A stretch of DNA of 64,000 nucleotides from Octopus vulgaris (lineage: Eukaryota): the NCBI GenBank assembly GCA_951406725.2, contig OX597814.1:138384001-138448000 (forward strand), read 5' to 3'. Below the pieces are notes generated by a model. The model had not been told where the DNA came from. It worked only from the letters and a program-made list of their open reading frames with translations, and made no database searches. A program made the translations under genes and the position numbers. Every line of letters starts with the position of its first letter. Within the stretch, counting starts at the first letter, position 1. Below, piece by piece: positions 1 through 12,345 of the stretch.

Positions 1-202
1 TTGAGATGTTCTGTATTTCTTTCAATTACTTTAAATATAACAAAGAATTTAGTAAAATAACTTAGTTATTATTCAGCTAGTATTATGAGCATAAATTGTG
101 ACTAAGGTTTGGTGGAAGATTTTTATTCAAAATTTATAAAAGCAAGACATTTGTACCCAGAGCCAGAGCTGGTTTCAGCCGGGTTGGTAACGAAAGGGTT
201 AA
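1..202. mobile_element. End of a piggyBac-like non-autonomous element
   Basis: Ends ...GGTAACGAAAGGG-TTAA; a related sequence ending GGG-TTAA lies at about 4560-4712. Confidence 0.55.
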
Positions 203-314
203 CAATGCAAGCACTGTACCTGATTTCCATTAATTAATAAATCTGAAAGTTATCAATCATTAAAATATAGACAGCATTGTACTTATGAAAGTAAGTCTTT
301 CTCTCTAAATCTAG

Positions 315-434
315 GTTGAAGACACCATCAGTCAGGAAGAGCGTTTGAGTTCAATACAGAATTTAGGTGTAGCTAACTTTCAAAAGGTCACTGGTCATCT
401 TCCTCTTTATGGTATGGCACAACCTGTTTCTCAG
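315..434 (+). CDS. PALD1: Paladin-like gene, first visible internal exon (gene starts upstream of window)
   Basis: AG acceptor 313-314, GTAAGT donor at 435, 120 nt. VEDTISQEERLSSIQNLGVANFQKVTGHLPLYGMAQPVSQ matches the paladin-family GxxNFxxV...xxGMxQP motif. Confidence 0.9.
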
Positions 435-493
435 GTAAGTCAAAGAAGATTATGTTGTTTTACTGTTGATTTCTTTAAAGTCATACTAATATT

Positions 494-892
494 CTTTTCT
501 ATTCTAGGCACAAGGCTCAGAATTTTTTTTTTGTGGGGGGCAATCAATTAGATCGACCCCAGTATGCAACTGGTACTTAATTTATCAACCCCGAAAGGAT
601 GAAAGGCAAAGTCAACCTTAGTGGAATTTGAACTCAGAATGTAAAAGACTGATGAAATACCTATTTCTTTACTGCCCATAAGGGGTTACACACAGAGGGG
701 ACAAACAAGGGCAGACACACGGATTAGGTCGATTATATCGACCCCAGTGCGTAACAGGTACTTATTTAATTGACCCCGAAAGGATGAAAGGCAAAGTTGA
801 CCTCGGTGGAATTAGAACTCAGAACGTAGTGGCAGATGAAATACCACTAAGCATTTCAACCGGCATGCTAACGTTTTAGCCAGCTTGCCGCC
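494..892 (-). mobile_element. Composite SINE (family A) with 19-bp target-site duplication
   Basis: Two copies of the core GAAAGGATGAAAGGCAAAGT..ACCT..GTGGAAT. Flanked by TTAAAGTCATACTAATATT at 475-493 and 893-911. Confidence 0.8.
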
Positions 893-997
893 TTAAAGTC
901 ATACTAATATTACATATACCAAAGTAATGGTTTGGCACAATCATTAGAGCCTTGCAAGAAATATCTTGCAGTATTCTTTTTTCTACATTCTATAGGT

Positions 998-1330
998 AGA
1001 GGACTCCAAAAGGGGTCTCAAGGAGTAGCGTCTCTGCCTTCCTGAGCTAGTTTTCCACCACATTTCTTAAAAATCTTAGTAGAGGCCTTGGTCTTGGGAC
1101 CACTCGTGTCCAGAAACTGAGGTTAGGGATAAGCAGCGGCATACTTCCCATAGAAAATCCAGCTCCAAAAATAGCCTTATGATAGCAAGGCAGAATGGGC
1201 ACCAGCCAGCACAAAGGTTGAGGTGGGCTGCACCTGTCTGCCTCAGTTGCTATGCCATTGACGTAGATCTGGCCACCCCCTGGTAACAGGGACAAAACCT
1301 GGATTTAAAACACTGGATGATGATGATGAA
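998..1330 (+). repeat. Dispersed repeat of about 320 bp; inverted copy at about 4245-4545
   Basis: ...CCTTCCTGAGCTAGTTTTCC...GATAGCAAGGCAGAATGGG... is the reverse complement of the 4245-4545 segment. Confidence 0.8.
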
Positions 1331-1736
1331 GATGAGGAAGTTCAAATCCTGCTAATGTCAACTTTGTCATTTGTCTCTCCAGTCAACTTCTGGGATTGAT
1401 TTAATTGACTAACCCCACCTTTGAAATTTCACATCTTGTGCCTATCTTAGAGACTGTTATTACATCATCATCAATCCTCTGAACATCACTGTCTTGAATC
1501 CTAGGATTCAAAGGGCTCATTGCCTGGTTTCTATTCTATAACATATAAGAACCTGAGCTCACAACATTCCTCCTGAATGGGATGCCAGTTTGTAGCAGGG
1601 TTACCTACTTACAGCTGAGTGGACTGATGCAGTATGAAGTGAAGTGTTTTGCTCAAGGACACTTTGCATCACCTGGTCTGGACATCAAAAACACGGTTGT
1701 GCAACCATGAGTGCAACATCATCACCATTAAGCCAC

Positions 1737-1768
<32 letters not shown>

Positions 1769-3544
1769 CCACCACCACCATCATTTAACGTCCGTTGTTC
1801 ATGCTGGCATGGTTTGGATGGTTTGACCAGGACTGGTAAGCTGGAGGGCTGCACCAGACTCCAGTCTGGTTTAGCATGGTTTTCTATGGCTGGATGCTCT
1901 TCCTAACACCAACCCCTCCGAGAGTTTAATAGGTACTTTTACATGCCATTGGCATGGGTGCCATTTGCATGACACTAGTATCTGCAACAACTGTGGTTTT
2001 ACTTGGCTTGATGGATCTTCACAAGCACAACATAATGCCAAAGATTTCGGTCATTTGTCATTGCCTCTGTGAGGCCCAACACTCAATTCATACTAATATT
2101 ACATATACCAAAGTAATGGTTTGGCACAATCATTAGAACCTTGCAAGAAATACCTTGCAGTATTTTTACTGTTTTTTTTCTTTCTTTCTACAGTCTGAAG
2201 TTCAAATCATGATAATGTCAACTTTGCCATTTGTCTCTCCAGGGTCTATCGACTAAAGTACCAGTCAACTTCTGGGGCATTGATTTAAATGACTAACCCC
2301 CACTTTTGAATTTTATTTCACTCCTTGTGCTTATCTTAGAGACTATTATTACATTATCATCCACCAGCATTGGCCACTTTGCCTCTGTGAGGCCCATTAT
2401 TAATATACCTACTATTGTGCTTTTACTTATACCAATATTGTACTCTAACTTATACCAACTCTTCTATAACATATCAAAGGCACAATCACAACTCTATAAC
2501 TTATACCTACTATGATAATGTAATTTATACCAAGCATAATGCTGTGATTTTTCTGAATCATGGCAGTAAAATTTATAAAAATAGAATACTGTAATTTATA
2601 TAAACCTTTTTAATACTTATGTGATCTGTAGTACTGTAACTTATATTAACCATTGTAAAAGCTCTGTTGTCATTCACATGAGAATATCCTTTGGCAACAT
2701 GCACCATTTGTTTTTCGTTTTAACCCTTTAGCATTCAGATTATCTTATAAAATGTAACATTTATTTATTCACATTGTTTTGAATTTATCTTGCTTTATCA
2801 TGTAGCTGTGAGATTACAAGTATGTGACTGTATATTTTTTAGACTGACATTGTAGGATAGATGTGAAATGCCTGATCTGGCCAGTTTGAACATCAAACAG
2901 GAAGAATATTTTGGTTGGATGGGGCTTGTTTAAATACTAAAGGGTGAAATCCCTCACTCCCAATGGAGCATTGGCCATAAACAATTTTTGTCTCCTGTTC
3001 ACAATTCTGGGCTGTCTTTTCTGCTTCCCTTAGTAAATGATTTCCTTTCCTGATCTTTGTTTTGAATTGTCATCAATGTGTCTGCTCTTCACAAACCTAT
3101 TTTTACTACTTGGAACCATGGTCTATATCAGTCTGGCCTCTATCCTTGACCTGTCCAGCACAAGATGCCCTACTAGGAGCTTGCACTCTGTTAGCATAGC
3201 TCTCAGATGTATTGAGGCATACAGGCCACCACATCACAATGAAGACTAGACCTTGTGGTGGTAGCATGCACCATGTTTTCACTAATTGTTTTTGGTGTCT
3301 ATGTACTTACATGCCGATATCGACATCCTCTTGGTTCCCTTCCCACCCTTGACACAGTGGAACATCCAGGTGATTTATATAGCATAATAAATGGTGTAAA
3401 CCAGATGCTGTTATTGTAATATTTGTCTTTGTGGTGTTCTAGTATGACCTAAACTGTAATAAGAGCTTAAATGTTTCAAAGAAGGGTCAAGGATACAGAA
3501 CTTAAATGTTTCAAAGAATTATTAAACCTTTCATTATTGTATTG

Positions 3545-3780
3545 CTTATTTCTTTATTGCCCACAAGGGGCCAAACATAGAGGGGACAAACATGACAGAC
3601 AAATGGATTAAGTCGATTACATCGACCCCAGTGCGTAACTGGTACTTAATTTATTGACCCCAAAAGGATGAAAGGCAAAGTCGACCTCGGCGGAATTTGA
3701 ACTCAGAACGTAAGTAAAGACGGACGAAAGCCCGTTAAGCATTTCGCCCGGCGATCTAACGTTTCTGCCAGCTCGATTTC
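3545..3780 (-). mobile_element. SINE family A, young copy with CpGs intact
   Basis: GGCAAAGTCGACCTCGGCGGAATTTGAACTCAGAACG core, as in copies at 25815-26420, 44438-44650 and 55430-56300. Confidence 0.8.
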
Positions 3781-5117
3781 TGTTGAAATAAATTGCCTTT
3801 GTTTCAACTAATTTTGAAAATAACAAAGAATTTAATGTAGCTGTTAAGCTGCTGCAAGGCAACAAGCTGGCAGAATCATTAGCACACTGGGCAAAATGTC
3901 TAGCAGCATTTCCTCTGACTTTACATTCTGAGAGTTCAAATTCTACTGAAGTCAGCTTTGCTATTCATCCTCTTGGGGATAATAAATTAAGTACCAGTTA
4001 AGCACTGGCAGCCATGTAATTGACTTGCTCCCTCCTCACAAATTTCAGGCCCTGTGTCTTTACTAGAAAGGATCATTAAGCTGCTGTATGATGGCAAACA
4101 TACGGAATCAATGGTGTGTTTGACAAAAAAGCTTAGGCAGCATTTCTTCATGCTCTTTACACTCTAAGTTCAAATTCCACTGAAATATCAATTGAACCCT
4201 GAGATTCATCGTTGCTGTCACTGCCGTCGCTGTTGTTGTCGTTGTCTAGTGTTTTAAATCTTGGTTTTGTCCCTGTTAACGGGGGTGGCTAGATCTACCT
4301 CAATGCCATAGCAACCAAGGTTGGCAGGTGCAGCCCACTCCAACCTTTGGGCTGGCTGGTACCCATTCTGCCTTGCTATCATGAGGCATTTTTAGAGCTG
4401 GATTTTCTATGGGGAGCATGCCGTTGCTTACATCCAACCTCAGTTTCTAGACATGAGTGGTCCTGAGACTATGATTTTTAAGAAATGGAAAACTAGCTCA
4501 GGAAGGCAGGGATGCTACTCCCTGAGACCCCTTTTGGAGCTCTCCTATCCCACTCCTTTCTGACGTGGTACCAAACTATGAAGCTGTTATGTTTTGAACA
4601 TAAATTAGCATGAAATTTTGATGGAAGGTTTTAATTTACATCCTTTTAGAAGAGAATGTTTGTATCATAGAACCAAAGGCTGTCTCAAGCAGATTGGTAA
4701 TGGAAGGGTTAACCCTTTAGCATTTAAAATGGCCACATCTAGCCAAAATATTCTGCCAGTTTTAGGTTTAAACTAGCCATATCCAGCCTCTCATGACTAC
4801 CCTACCATGTCATTCTAAAAATATACAATCACAGCATTGAAATCTTGAAGCTACAAGATAATATATGATTAATTTAAAATAATGGGAATAAATAAGCATT
4901 ACATTTGGTAGAATAATCTGAATCATCAAGAGAATTGAAGAAGCACATTTCTTTAAAATTAAATTCTTCAATTGACCAACTGTGTTGTTGATGTATGATG
5001 TATGACAAAAGAGAAAAAAAAAAAATTTGATATTGTTAAGCATGGAAATAAATAACAATAGTGCATGTGTTTAATAGTGGTTACTATGACTCTATCAAAC
5101 ACAACAATCCAGATATA

Positions 5118-5213
<96 letters not shown>

Positions 5214-5272
5214 TATATTGATATATAATCTCTTGATCATCTTTTACTACTTTATTTTTTCTTATTTTTCAG

Positions 5273-5446
5273 GCTGTTAACAAGGTCTTAGATTATTTGA
5301 TCAATGTTAAACAGCATTCCCAAGTTATCTTTATCAACCTTCGTAATGATGTCAGTGTTGAAATCCATGGTAAACTGTATTATGTGAGTAATACCAACGA
5401 CCCAAACAAACAACCAGTCTTTTTTAATGAGATGTCACATTACAAT
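5273..5446 (+). CDS. PALD1: Paladin-like exon
   Basis: Polypyrimidine tract plus CAG, GTAAGT donor, 174 nt phase 0. AVNKVLDYLINVKQHSQVIFINLRNDVSVEIHGKLYYV... contains the family xxNLRxx motif. Confidence 0.9.
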
Positions 5447-6171
5447 GTAAGTCTTGAAACTTTTTCTTTCCTCTACTGTTCTCTCTTTCTTTTTCTTCTC
5501 TCTCTCTCTCATTTTTGATATGGGAGAAAAGGAAAGGAATGTCGCAGTCAAAAGTTCCTTTTTTAAGAAAGTTGTTGTGGGTCACAACCATCTTGTCATC
5601 TACCCAATATGTTCAGCCAACCAAAAATTGATGCCACTGTTTTATTTTTATTGACCAGTTTGCTTGAATGTGTGTTCAAGTGCCCACTCTGGAACCTCTT
5701 GAACTGCTAAAATTAGGAAATTCAAACATTTTAATCAATGCTTACCAAACAAAATAGAGAAACTGTATTTTTTTTAAAATTTTCTTTTTATCATTTGAAA
5801 TTTTGATTCTTTTCAAATTTTCAAATTTTGCATATTTAGACTTCCTAGATTTAGATGGTGACACGTTATTATAAAATGCCCCTGCAAACGACTAATTACT
5901 CTCTCACACACACACATGCATGTACATACACACACACACACACATTCTCTCTCTCTCTCTCTCCACCATATTGATAATGACTCAATAATATTTTTTTTCT
6001 TCTCTCAGCATATAAATATATTTTTGCAAGTATATAAACTAGCTCCTTAATTCTCTCCTCATTCACATTTCTCCCATGACTAATAGGACCTGTAAAAGTC
6101 TGAGCCAATATTTATTTTTTCATTTACTAAATTTCATTTTGATATATTCAATGTTTTTTTGTACCTTGTAG

Positions 6172-6219
6172 GATATGGAATCTTTATTCAATGTGGAATC
6201 ATTCAGGAAACAATTGAAA
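6172..6219 (+). CDS. PALD1: Paladin-like small exon
   Basis: ttgtag acceptor, GTAAGT donor, 48 nt, DMESLFNVESFRKQLK; keeps the frame. Confidence 0.75.
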
Positions 6220-7331
6220 GTAAGTTCTGTTTTAATTTACAAATGCAAATCTTTCTCATTGCTGTCATTTTTTAGTGTCCACTTTTCCATGCTTGCATGG
6301 GTCAGATGGAATTTGTTGAGACAGAGTTTCTATGGCTGAATGCCCTTCCTGTTGACAGCTCTCACATATTTCCAAGCAAGGTCAAACATGTTTTCACGGA
6401 AGATTGGAAACAAATAACACTGCTTGTATGACAGTGACGCTCATTTACAATTACTGCAAAGTGCCAAGACACAGAGATAAAGATACACATATACAACAGG
6501 CTTCTTTCAATCTCCATCTTGCAAACCTACACATAATGCTTTGTTGCCCAGGAGCTATAGTAGAAAACACTTGCTCAAATTGCCATGCTATGAGACTGAA
6601 CCTGAAATCATGCTGTTAGGAACTGAATTTCATTATCACACAGCTATACCTGTGTCTAGGCATATCTGCACAGCTATAGCAGAAAACACTTGCCTACAGT
6701 GCTTTGCAGTGGGATTGAACCTAGAATTATCTTTTTCTTGTTTCAGTCATTTGACAGTGGCCATGCTGGGGCACCATCTTCAAGTATTTATAGCTGAATT
6801 AATCAATCCCAGTACTTATTTTTTGTTAAGCCTGGTACTTACTCTATCAGTCTCTTTTGCTGAATTTCTAAGTTACGGGTATATAAACACACCAATACCA
6901 GTCATCAAGCGACTAAAAGACACATAAACCCCCCTCCCACACACACATATATGTGTATAATCTATTTCTCTCCCTTTCTCTTTCTCTCTCTCTTTATATA
7001 TATATTTGTGTATTTGATGGGCTTCTTTCAATTTCCATCAACCAAATCTACTTGCAAAGCTTTGGTGGGCCCGCAGCTATAGTTGTCCAAAGTGCCATGC
7101 TGTGGGACTGAACCCGGAACCATGTGGCTGGGAGGCAAGCTTCTTACCACACAGCTACACTTGTGTCCATGTAAATTCCATTTAATACCTTGGTTTCTTT
7201 CCTTATCTCAGCCTTCAGCTACAATCTCAACTGCTTTTTTAATTCACAAATCATCAATTATGTTTTTGATATTGTATGATTCTCCATTATTTTCTTTTTT
7301 TTTATTATTTTTTAATTAAAACTTTTTCCAG

Positions 7332-7478
7332 TTCCACAAAGATGACAATAATTCAGAAACACCTGATTTGATTGAGATTATGACAACAAAAGATATATTT
7401 AAAACGACTGAAGCCAAATTTCCAAACCAGCTTTATTATCACGTGCCATTACCTTTAAATTATTTATCAAATGAAAAT
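7332..7478 (+). CDS. PALD1: Paladin-like exon
   Basis: tttttccag acceptor, GTAAGT donor, 147 nt. FHKDDNNSETPDLIEIMTTKDIF...LYYHVPLP corresponds to the paladin T..EVF...LxYxRIP segment. Confidence 0.88.
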
Positions 7479-7514
7479 GTAAGTAGGATTTGTGGTCATT
7501 GTTGTTGTTGTAGT

Positions 7515-7800
7515 TGCCACCGCCACCACCACCACAACCACAACCACAACTACCACCATTATCAACATCATCACCCATCACTTGCACCACTACCACTACC
7601 ACCACCACCACCACCACCACCACCACCACAACCACAACCACAACTACCACCATTATCAACATCATCACCCATCACTTGCACCACTACCACCACCACCACC
7701 ACAACTACCACCATTATCAACATCATCACCCATCACTTGCACCACTACCACCACCACCACCAACAACAACACCACCACTTCCATCATCATCATCATTATT
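7515..7800. repeat. Compound (CAC/CAT)n array with three copies of a roughly 50-bp unit
   Basis: CAACTACCACCATTATCAACATCATCACCCATCACTTGCACCACTACCAC occurs three times; it explains the His/Pro/Thr ORFs. Confidence 0.9.
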
Positions 7801-8241
7801 ATTATCTTTATTTTTCTTCTTCCAACTTTGTTTCCTTTTCTTGCTTAATGTCTTCCTGACCCCTAGGGCAAAGAAACTCACTGTATATATTGGTTGGCCA
7901 TTAGAATAAACACACCAGATTGTTCATTTACAAAGTCAAGTTATGTGATAGATAAAAAAGACAACAGAAAGAAAAAAGCAAAAAAAGCAAAAAATAGAAA
8001 TTAGAAAGAAAGGAAAAAAGAAAACAAAGAAAAAAAAAAGAGGTACTATCTTGTAGCTCCGAGATTTCAGTAATGTGTATATTTTTAGAATGGTGTTGTA
8101 GGGTAGGTCTGAGAGGTCAGATCTGGCAGGTTTGATCATAAAACAGGAAGGATATTTGGGTCAGCTTAAATGCTAAACACTAACCACCAATTTTGCTATT
8201 TTGTAATGCTAATTTACTTGAGATATTTTATATTCGTCCAG

Positions 8242-8514
8242 ATATTTGATTCTTTGATTGAAGTTTTCATCAACGTAGAGCGCAAGTACAAAGAAAGCAG
8301 CATCCCAAGGAGAACCAGTGAGGGTTCTCGGCGCTCAAGTACGGGCAACCCTTGCATTAAAAGCCAGGTCGGCAAGAATTTATGCAGAATAAGTAATAAT
8401 AGCAGTACCAGTAGCACACCTTTCAACCCTGCCTACTGTTTCTTTGGCTCCAGTGGAATTGAACGAACCACTTTTGCCATGGCAGTGGCATGTCTCTATA
8501 TGTACCAAAGAGTT
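8242..8514 (+). CDS. PALD1: Paladin-like exon with PTP-like P-loop region
   Basis: CAG acceptor, GTAAGT donor, 273 nt. IFDSLIEVF...YCFFGSSGIERTTFAMAVACL corresponds to the paladin FxCxxGxGRTTxAM motif. Confidence 0.9.
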
Positions 8515-8553
8515 GTAAGTACACCTAAAAGAAATCTTTTATCATTTCACTTA

Positions 8554-9075
8554 CCATAAATCCTCGAGTATAATCCGCATTTTTTTCCCAAAATTTATTG
8601 GTCAAAATCCCTAGTGCATACTATATACAAGGTTAAAAAGGAAAAATATTTTCTAAGCAATGTCTGTGTCTCTATTTGCTGTCCGGCAATGTTTAGTCAG
8701 ACGCATTTTGTGATGTTGGGTGCGTAAATACCTTAAGCTAAGCCTGAAAGCAATGAGGTCATAAAAGAATCACGCATAACTTGCAGTAAGCAACATTTAT
8801 TAAAATAAAAGTATTCAAAACACAGAGTAACATGTAACAAAAACAATTTGCAAACATATTAACATTCCCATATAACAGTTAAGAACATCACCATTATTGT
8901 ATTACGCATGCATGGAAGTGTTTGTTCGACTAGGTGCTGCTGGCTTAATTACGTACGGCTCAAGTTAGAGAAGGGGTGTGTATTATACACAAGGTTTAGG
9001 TTTTTCAGAGGTATAGCCCCCTAAAAATCCCCTGCGTATTATACTCAAGAGCGGACTATATTCGAGGATTTATGT
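8554..9075. mobile_element. pogo/Tigger-like MITE, about 520 bp
   Basis: TIRs CCATAAATCCTCGAGTATAATCCGC / GCGGACTATATTCGAGGATTTATG with TA flanks; second copy at about 12346-12865. Confidence 0.75.
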
Positions 9076-9689
9076 TATTTCAATCTTTGGATTGTGACCA
9101 TCAAAGGTTTATTTGAAAAAATTGATCCCAATAATTACTTTTAAGTTTGGTAGTTATTCTATCAGTGAAGTTGCATGGCTTACTGGTTAGGGTATTCGGC
9201 TCATGATTGTAAGGTTGTGAGTTCAATTCCTGACAATGTATTGTGTCCTTGAGTGAGACACCTTATTTCACTCAGCTGGTAAAAATGAGTTGTACCCTAT
9301 TGTACTTCAATGGGCCAACCTTGTCACATTCTGTGTTATATTGAATCTTTCTGAGAACTATATTATTAAGAGTATGTGTGTCTATGGAGTACTCAACCAT
9401 TAGCATGTTAATTTTATAAGCAGGCAGTTCTGTTGGTTGGATCAACTGAAACGTGTAAAAGAGCAAAGAGTACATACATGTGTGTCTGTGTGCATGTGTG
9501 TGTGTGTTGCCAGTAAGGTGATGCTGATAACGATCACGCTCAAATGGTGCTTTTTATGTGCCACCGTAAAAAGCACCACCTGGCATGTAATGGTGCTTTT
9601 TACGGTGGAACGTAAAAAGCATATATATATATACATCTGAGGACTGAATTTTATTAAAACAAACAATATGAGATGATCTCTCATATTGT

Positions 9690-10010
9690 TTTTTTTTTTA
9701 CAGAATCCCCCATTTTCAAGTAAGGAGATTGTGATTCTGCAAAAAAAAACACAAAAAAAAATACATTTTAAAATTTTGATTTTCTCCAACAAATTCTTCA
9801 ATTTTCACTTTTTTCAGAAAATCTTTTTTACAAAATATGTAGAAAAATATGGAGATTCTGATTCTGAAAAAAAAAAAAAAAAGTAAAAAGTGAAAATTGA
9901 AGAATTTGTGGGGGCTGTGGGTGGGGGAAATTAAAATTTTGAAATACCATTTTTTTGCAGAATCAGAATCTCCGTCATCGAAAATGGAGGATTCAGTAAA
10001 AAAAAAAAAG
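9690..10010. mobile_element. Foldback MITE-like element
   Basis: CAGAATCCCCCATTTTC...GGAGATTGTGATTCTGCAAAAAA is inverted as TTTTTTGCAGAATCAGAATCTCC...GAAAATGGAGGATTC. Confidence 0.6.
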
Positions 10011-10220
10011 ACAGGGGGTGCAGTCCACATTTTTTACATCCCCCCATGTATGCATACACATGCACAAAAGCACATACAGATATGCACACAATAGAGGGAG
10101 AAAGCGAAGTTGAACAACAGAGAGGGGGATGGAGAGTGAGGAGATAGAGAGACACAGACAGACAGACAAGAAAGAGGGGGAAAAAGATTATAAATTATTT
10201 GTAATGAATATATGTTTCAG

Positions 10221-10301
10221 GGTTTCCCACCTGGAACTCTCCCTGGAGAACAGGAACGAATTTCACTCTTTGATGCTGAGCAGTCAATGGGAAACTTTCC
10301 G
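10221..10301 (+). CDS. PALD1: Paladin-like exon
   Basis: tttcag acceptor, GTAAGT donor, 81 nt. GFPPGTLPGEQERISLFDAEQSMGNFP resembles vertebrate GFP..GEEELVSVPDA...GEF. Confidence 0.9.
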
Positions 10302-10367
10302 GTAAGTGACTTACTCTATTAACATTCAAATGACACTCATACTAATCCTTCAGGTGGTGTGAAGCAC

Positions 10368-10918
10368 TCATGGCAGTCCCACGTGAAAGCACCCATGTGG
10401 TGCCATGTAAAAGTGCCTGTGCAGTGCCATGTAAAAATGCCTGCGTGGTGCCATGTAAAAATGCCTGCGTGGTGCCATGTAAAAATGCCTGCGTGGTACC
10501 ATGTAAAAATGCCTGCGTGGTGCCATGTAAAAATGCCTGCATGGTGCCATGTAAAAATGCTTGCGTGGTGCCATGTAAAAATGCCTGCGTAGTGCCATGT
10601 AAAAATGCCTGCATGGTGCCATGTAAAAATGCCTGCGTGTTTCCATGTAAAAATGCTTGCATGGTGCCATGTAAAAATGACCATGTGGTATCACATAAAA
10701 GTGCAGTGTGACATAAAAGCTACCATGTGGAGCCATGTAAAAGCACTCATGTGGTGCCATGTAAAAGCATCCATGTTATGCCACTGAAAAGCACCCATGT
10801 GGTACCACACAAAAGTGACCATGTGGTACCACATAAAAGCACCTATGCAGTGCCACATAAAAAGTGCCTCTGTTGTTCCACATAAAAGTGTCTGTGCAGT
10901 GTCACATAAAAGCACCCA
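10368..10918. repeat. 24-bp minisatellite, GTGGTGCCATGTAAAAATGCCTGC
   Basis: About 20 or more units, homogeneous in the centre and degenerate at the edges; runs into a SINE body at about 10910-11075. Confidence 0.95.
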
Positions 10919-11072
10919 GTACACTCTATAAGTGGTTGATGTTAGGAAGGGTGTCCAGCTGTAGAAACCATGCCAAAGCAGACTGGAGTCTGGTGCAGCT
11001 GCCCAGTTTGCCAGCTCCTGTTAAACCATCCAATCCATGCCAGCATGGACAAGAGACATTAGATGATGATGA

Positions 11073-11102
<30 letters not shown>

Positions 11103-11108
<6 letters not shown>

Positions 11109-11342
11109 ATTGCAGCGTGGAAGGTGTTTGTAAGCCATTTAGGAAACACACAAAAGCCGTTCAATTCACTTCAACATTTAAGTTTAATTTGTCAAAATAT
11201 TTTCGTTGCTAAATGTTGAAGTGAATCGAACGGCTTTTGTGTGTTTCTTAAATGGCTTACAAACACCTTCCATGCTGCAATTGTTTTTGTTTCAGCACAC
11301 GATCTCAGATCAAATCATTTGCTATGCAGGTACATCTCCGTA
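11103..11342. mobile_element. (TA)n-embedded foldback element
   Basis: Arms 11103-about 11180 and about 11210-11287 are reverse complements, followed by a unique tail (GATCTCAGATCAAATC) shared with the 43658 element. Confidence 0.8.
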
Positions 11343-12345
11343 ATATATATATATATAACCAAGTGAAATCGTAATCATGGCCAATGCCATTGCCACCTGA
11401 CTGGCACCCGTACCCGTGGCATGTAAAAAGCACCACTCGAGTGTGGCCAATGTCAGTGCTGTCTGACTGGCAAATAAAAAGCACCATTTGAGCATGGCCA
11501 CTACCAGTGTCATATGACTGGTACCCATGCACGTGACATGTAGAAGGCACCCATTACATTCTCGGAGTGGTTGGCATTAGGAAGGGCATGAAGCTGTAGA
11601 AACCTTGCCAGATCAGACTGGAGCCTCGTGCAGCCTCCCAGTTTGCCAGATCTCAGTAAAACTGTCCAACCCATGCCAGCATGGAAAGCAGACGTTACAT
11701 GATGATGTTGATGTTTAACATCTTTTACTTATTACTTGTTCAAGTCACTGGACTTCAGCCAAGCTGGGGCATTGCCTCGAAGGGTTCAAACTCAGTATTT
11801 ATTTTCTGTTTTAAGGACTGGTTAAGAAGGCAGATGTTAAATGATGATTAAGATAATGATTTACTTATTCCATCAATTTTCTTTTGCTGAGCTGCTAAGT
11901 CATGAAACCATAAATAAACCAATGCTGGTTGTCAAGTGTTGGATGGAGGGTGTGACAAACACACACACACACACACACATACACATTTTCTATAGGAATA
12001 TCACAGTTCATCTATTGCGGTTTATTATTTAAGCCTACGTCGATTCCTCTGTGGTGTTGTTTTGCATTTATAATATAATGAATATATACAAGTTATAAAA
12101 ATGATAAAAAAAAATATACAGTACAGTACTGTTTCTACTTAATGGATTTTCACCTATTGCTGGGGATTTTGGAACGTAATATCCACAATAGCCAAGGGAT
12201 TACTGTATCTCAACACACACTCATAAAGCTATAAATGATAGCATGTAAATTTGGATTGAAAACACCTTGTCAGCTAATATCTATCTATAAATAGATAGAT
12301 AGATAGATAGATAGATAGGTAGATAGATATAGATATATATTTATA

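Noticed and set aside
7479-7909. His/Pro/Thr-rich ORF extensions
   Set aside because: They lie past the GTAAGT donor at 7479 in an intronic trinucleotide array.
10337-10924. Regular 24-bp array resembling CRISPR or a Cys-rich repeat protein
   Set aside because: Head-to-tail units without unique spacers, no cas genes, eukaryotic intron, no convincing splice sites.
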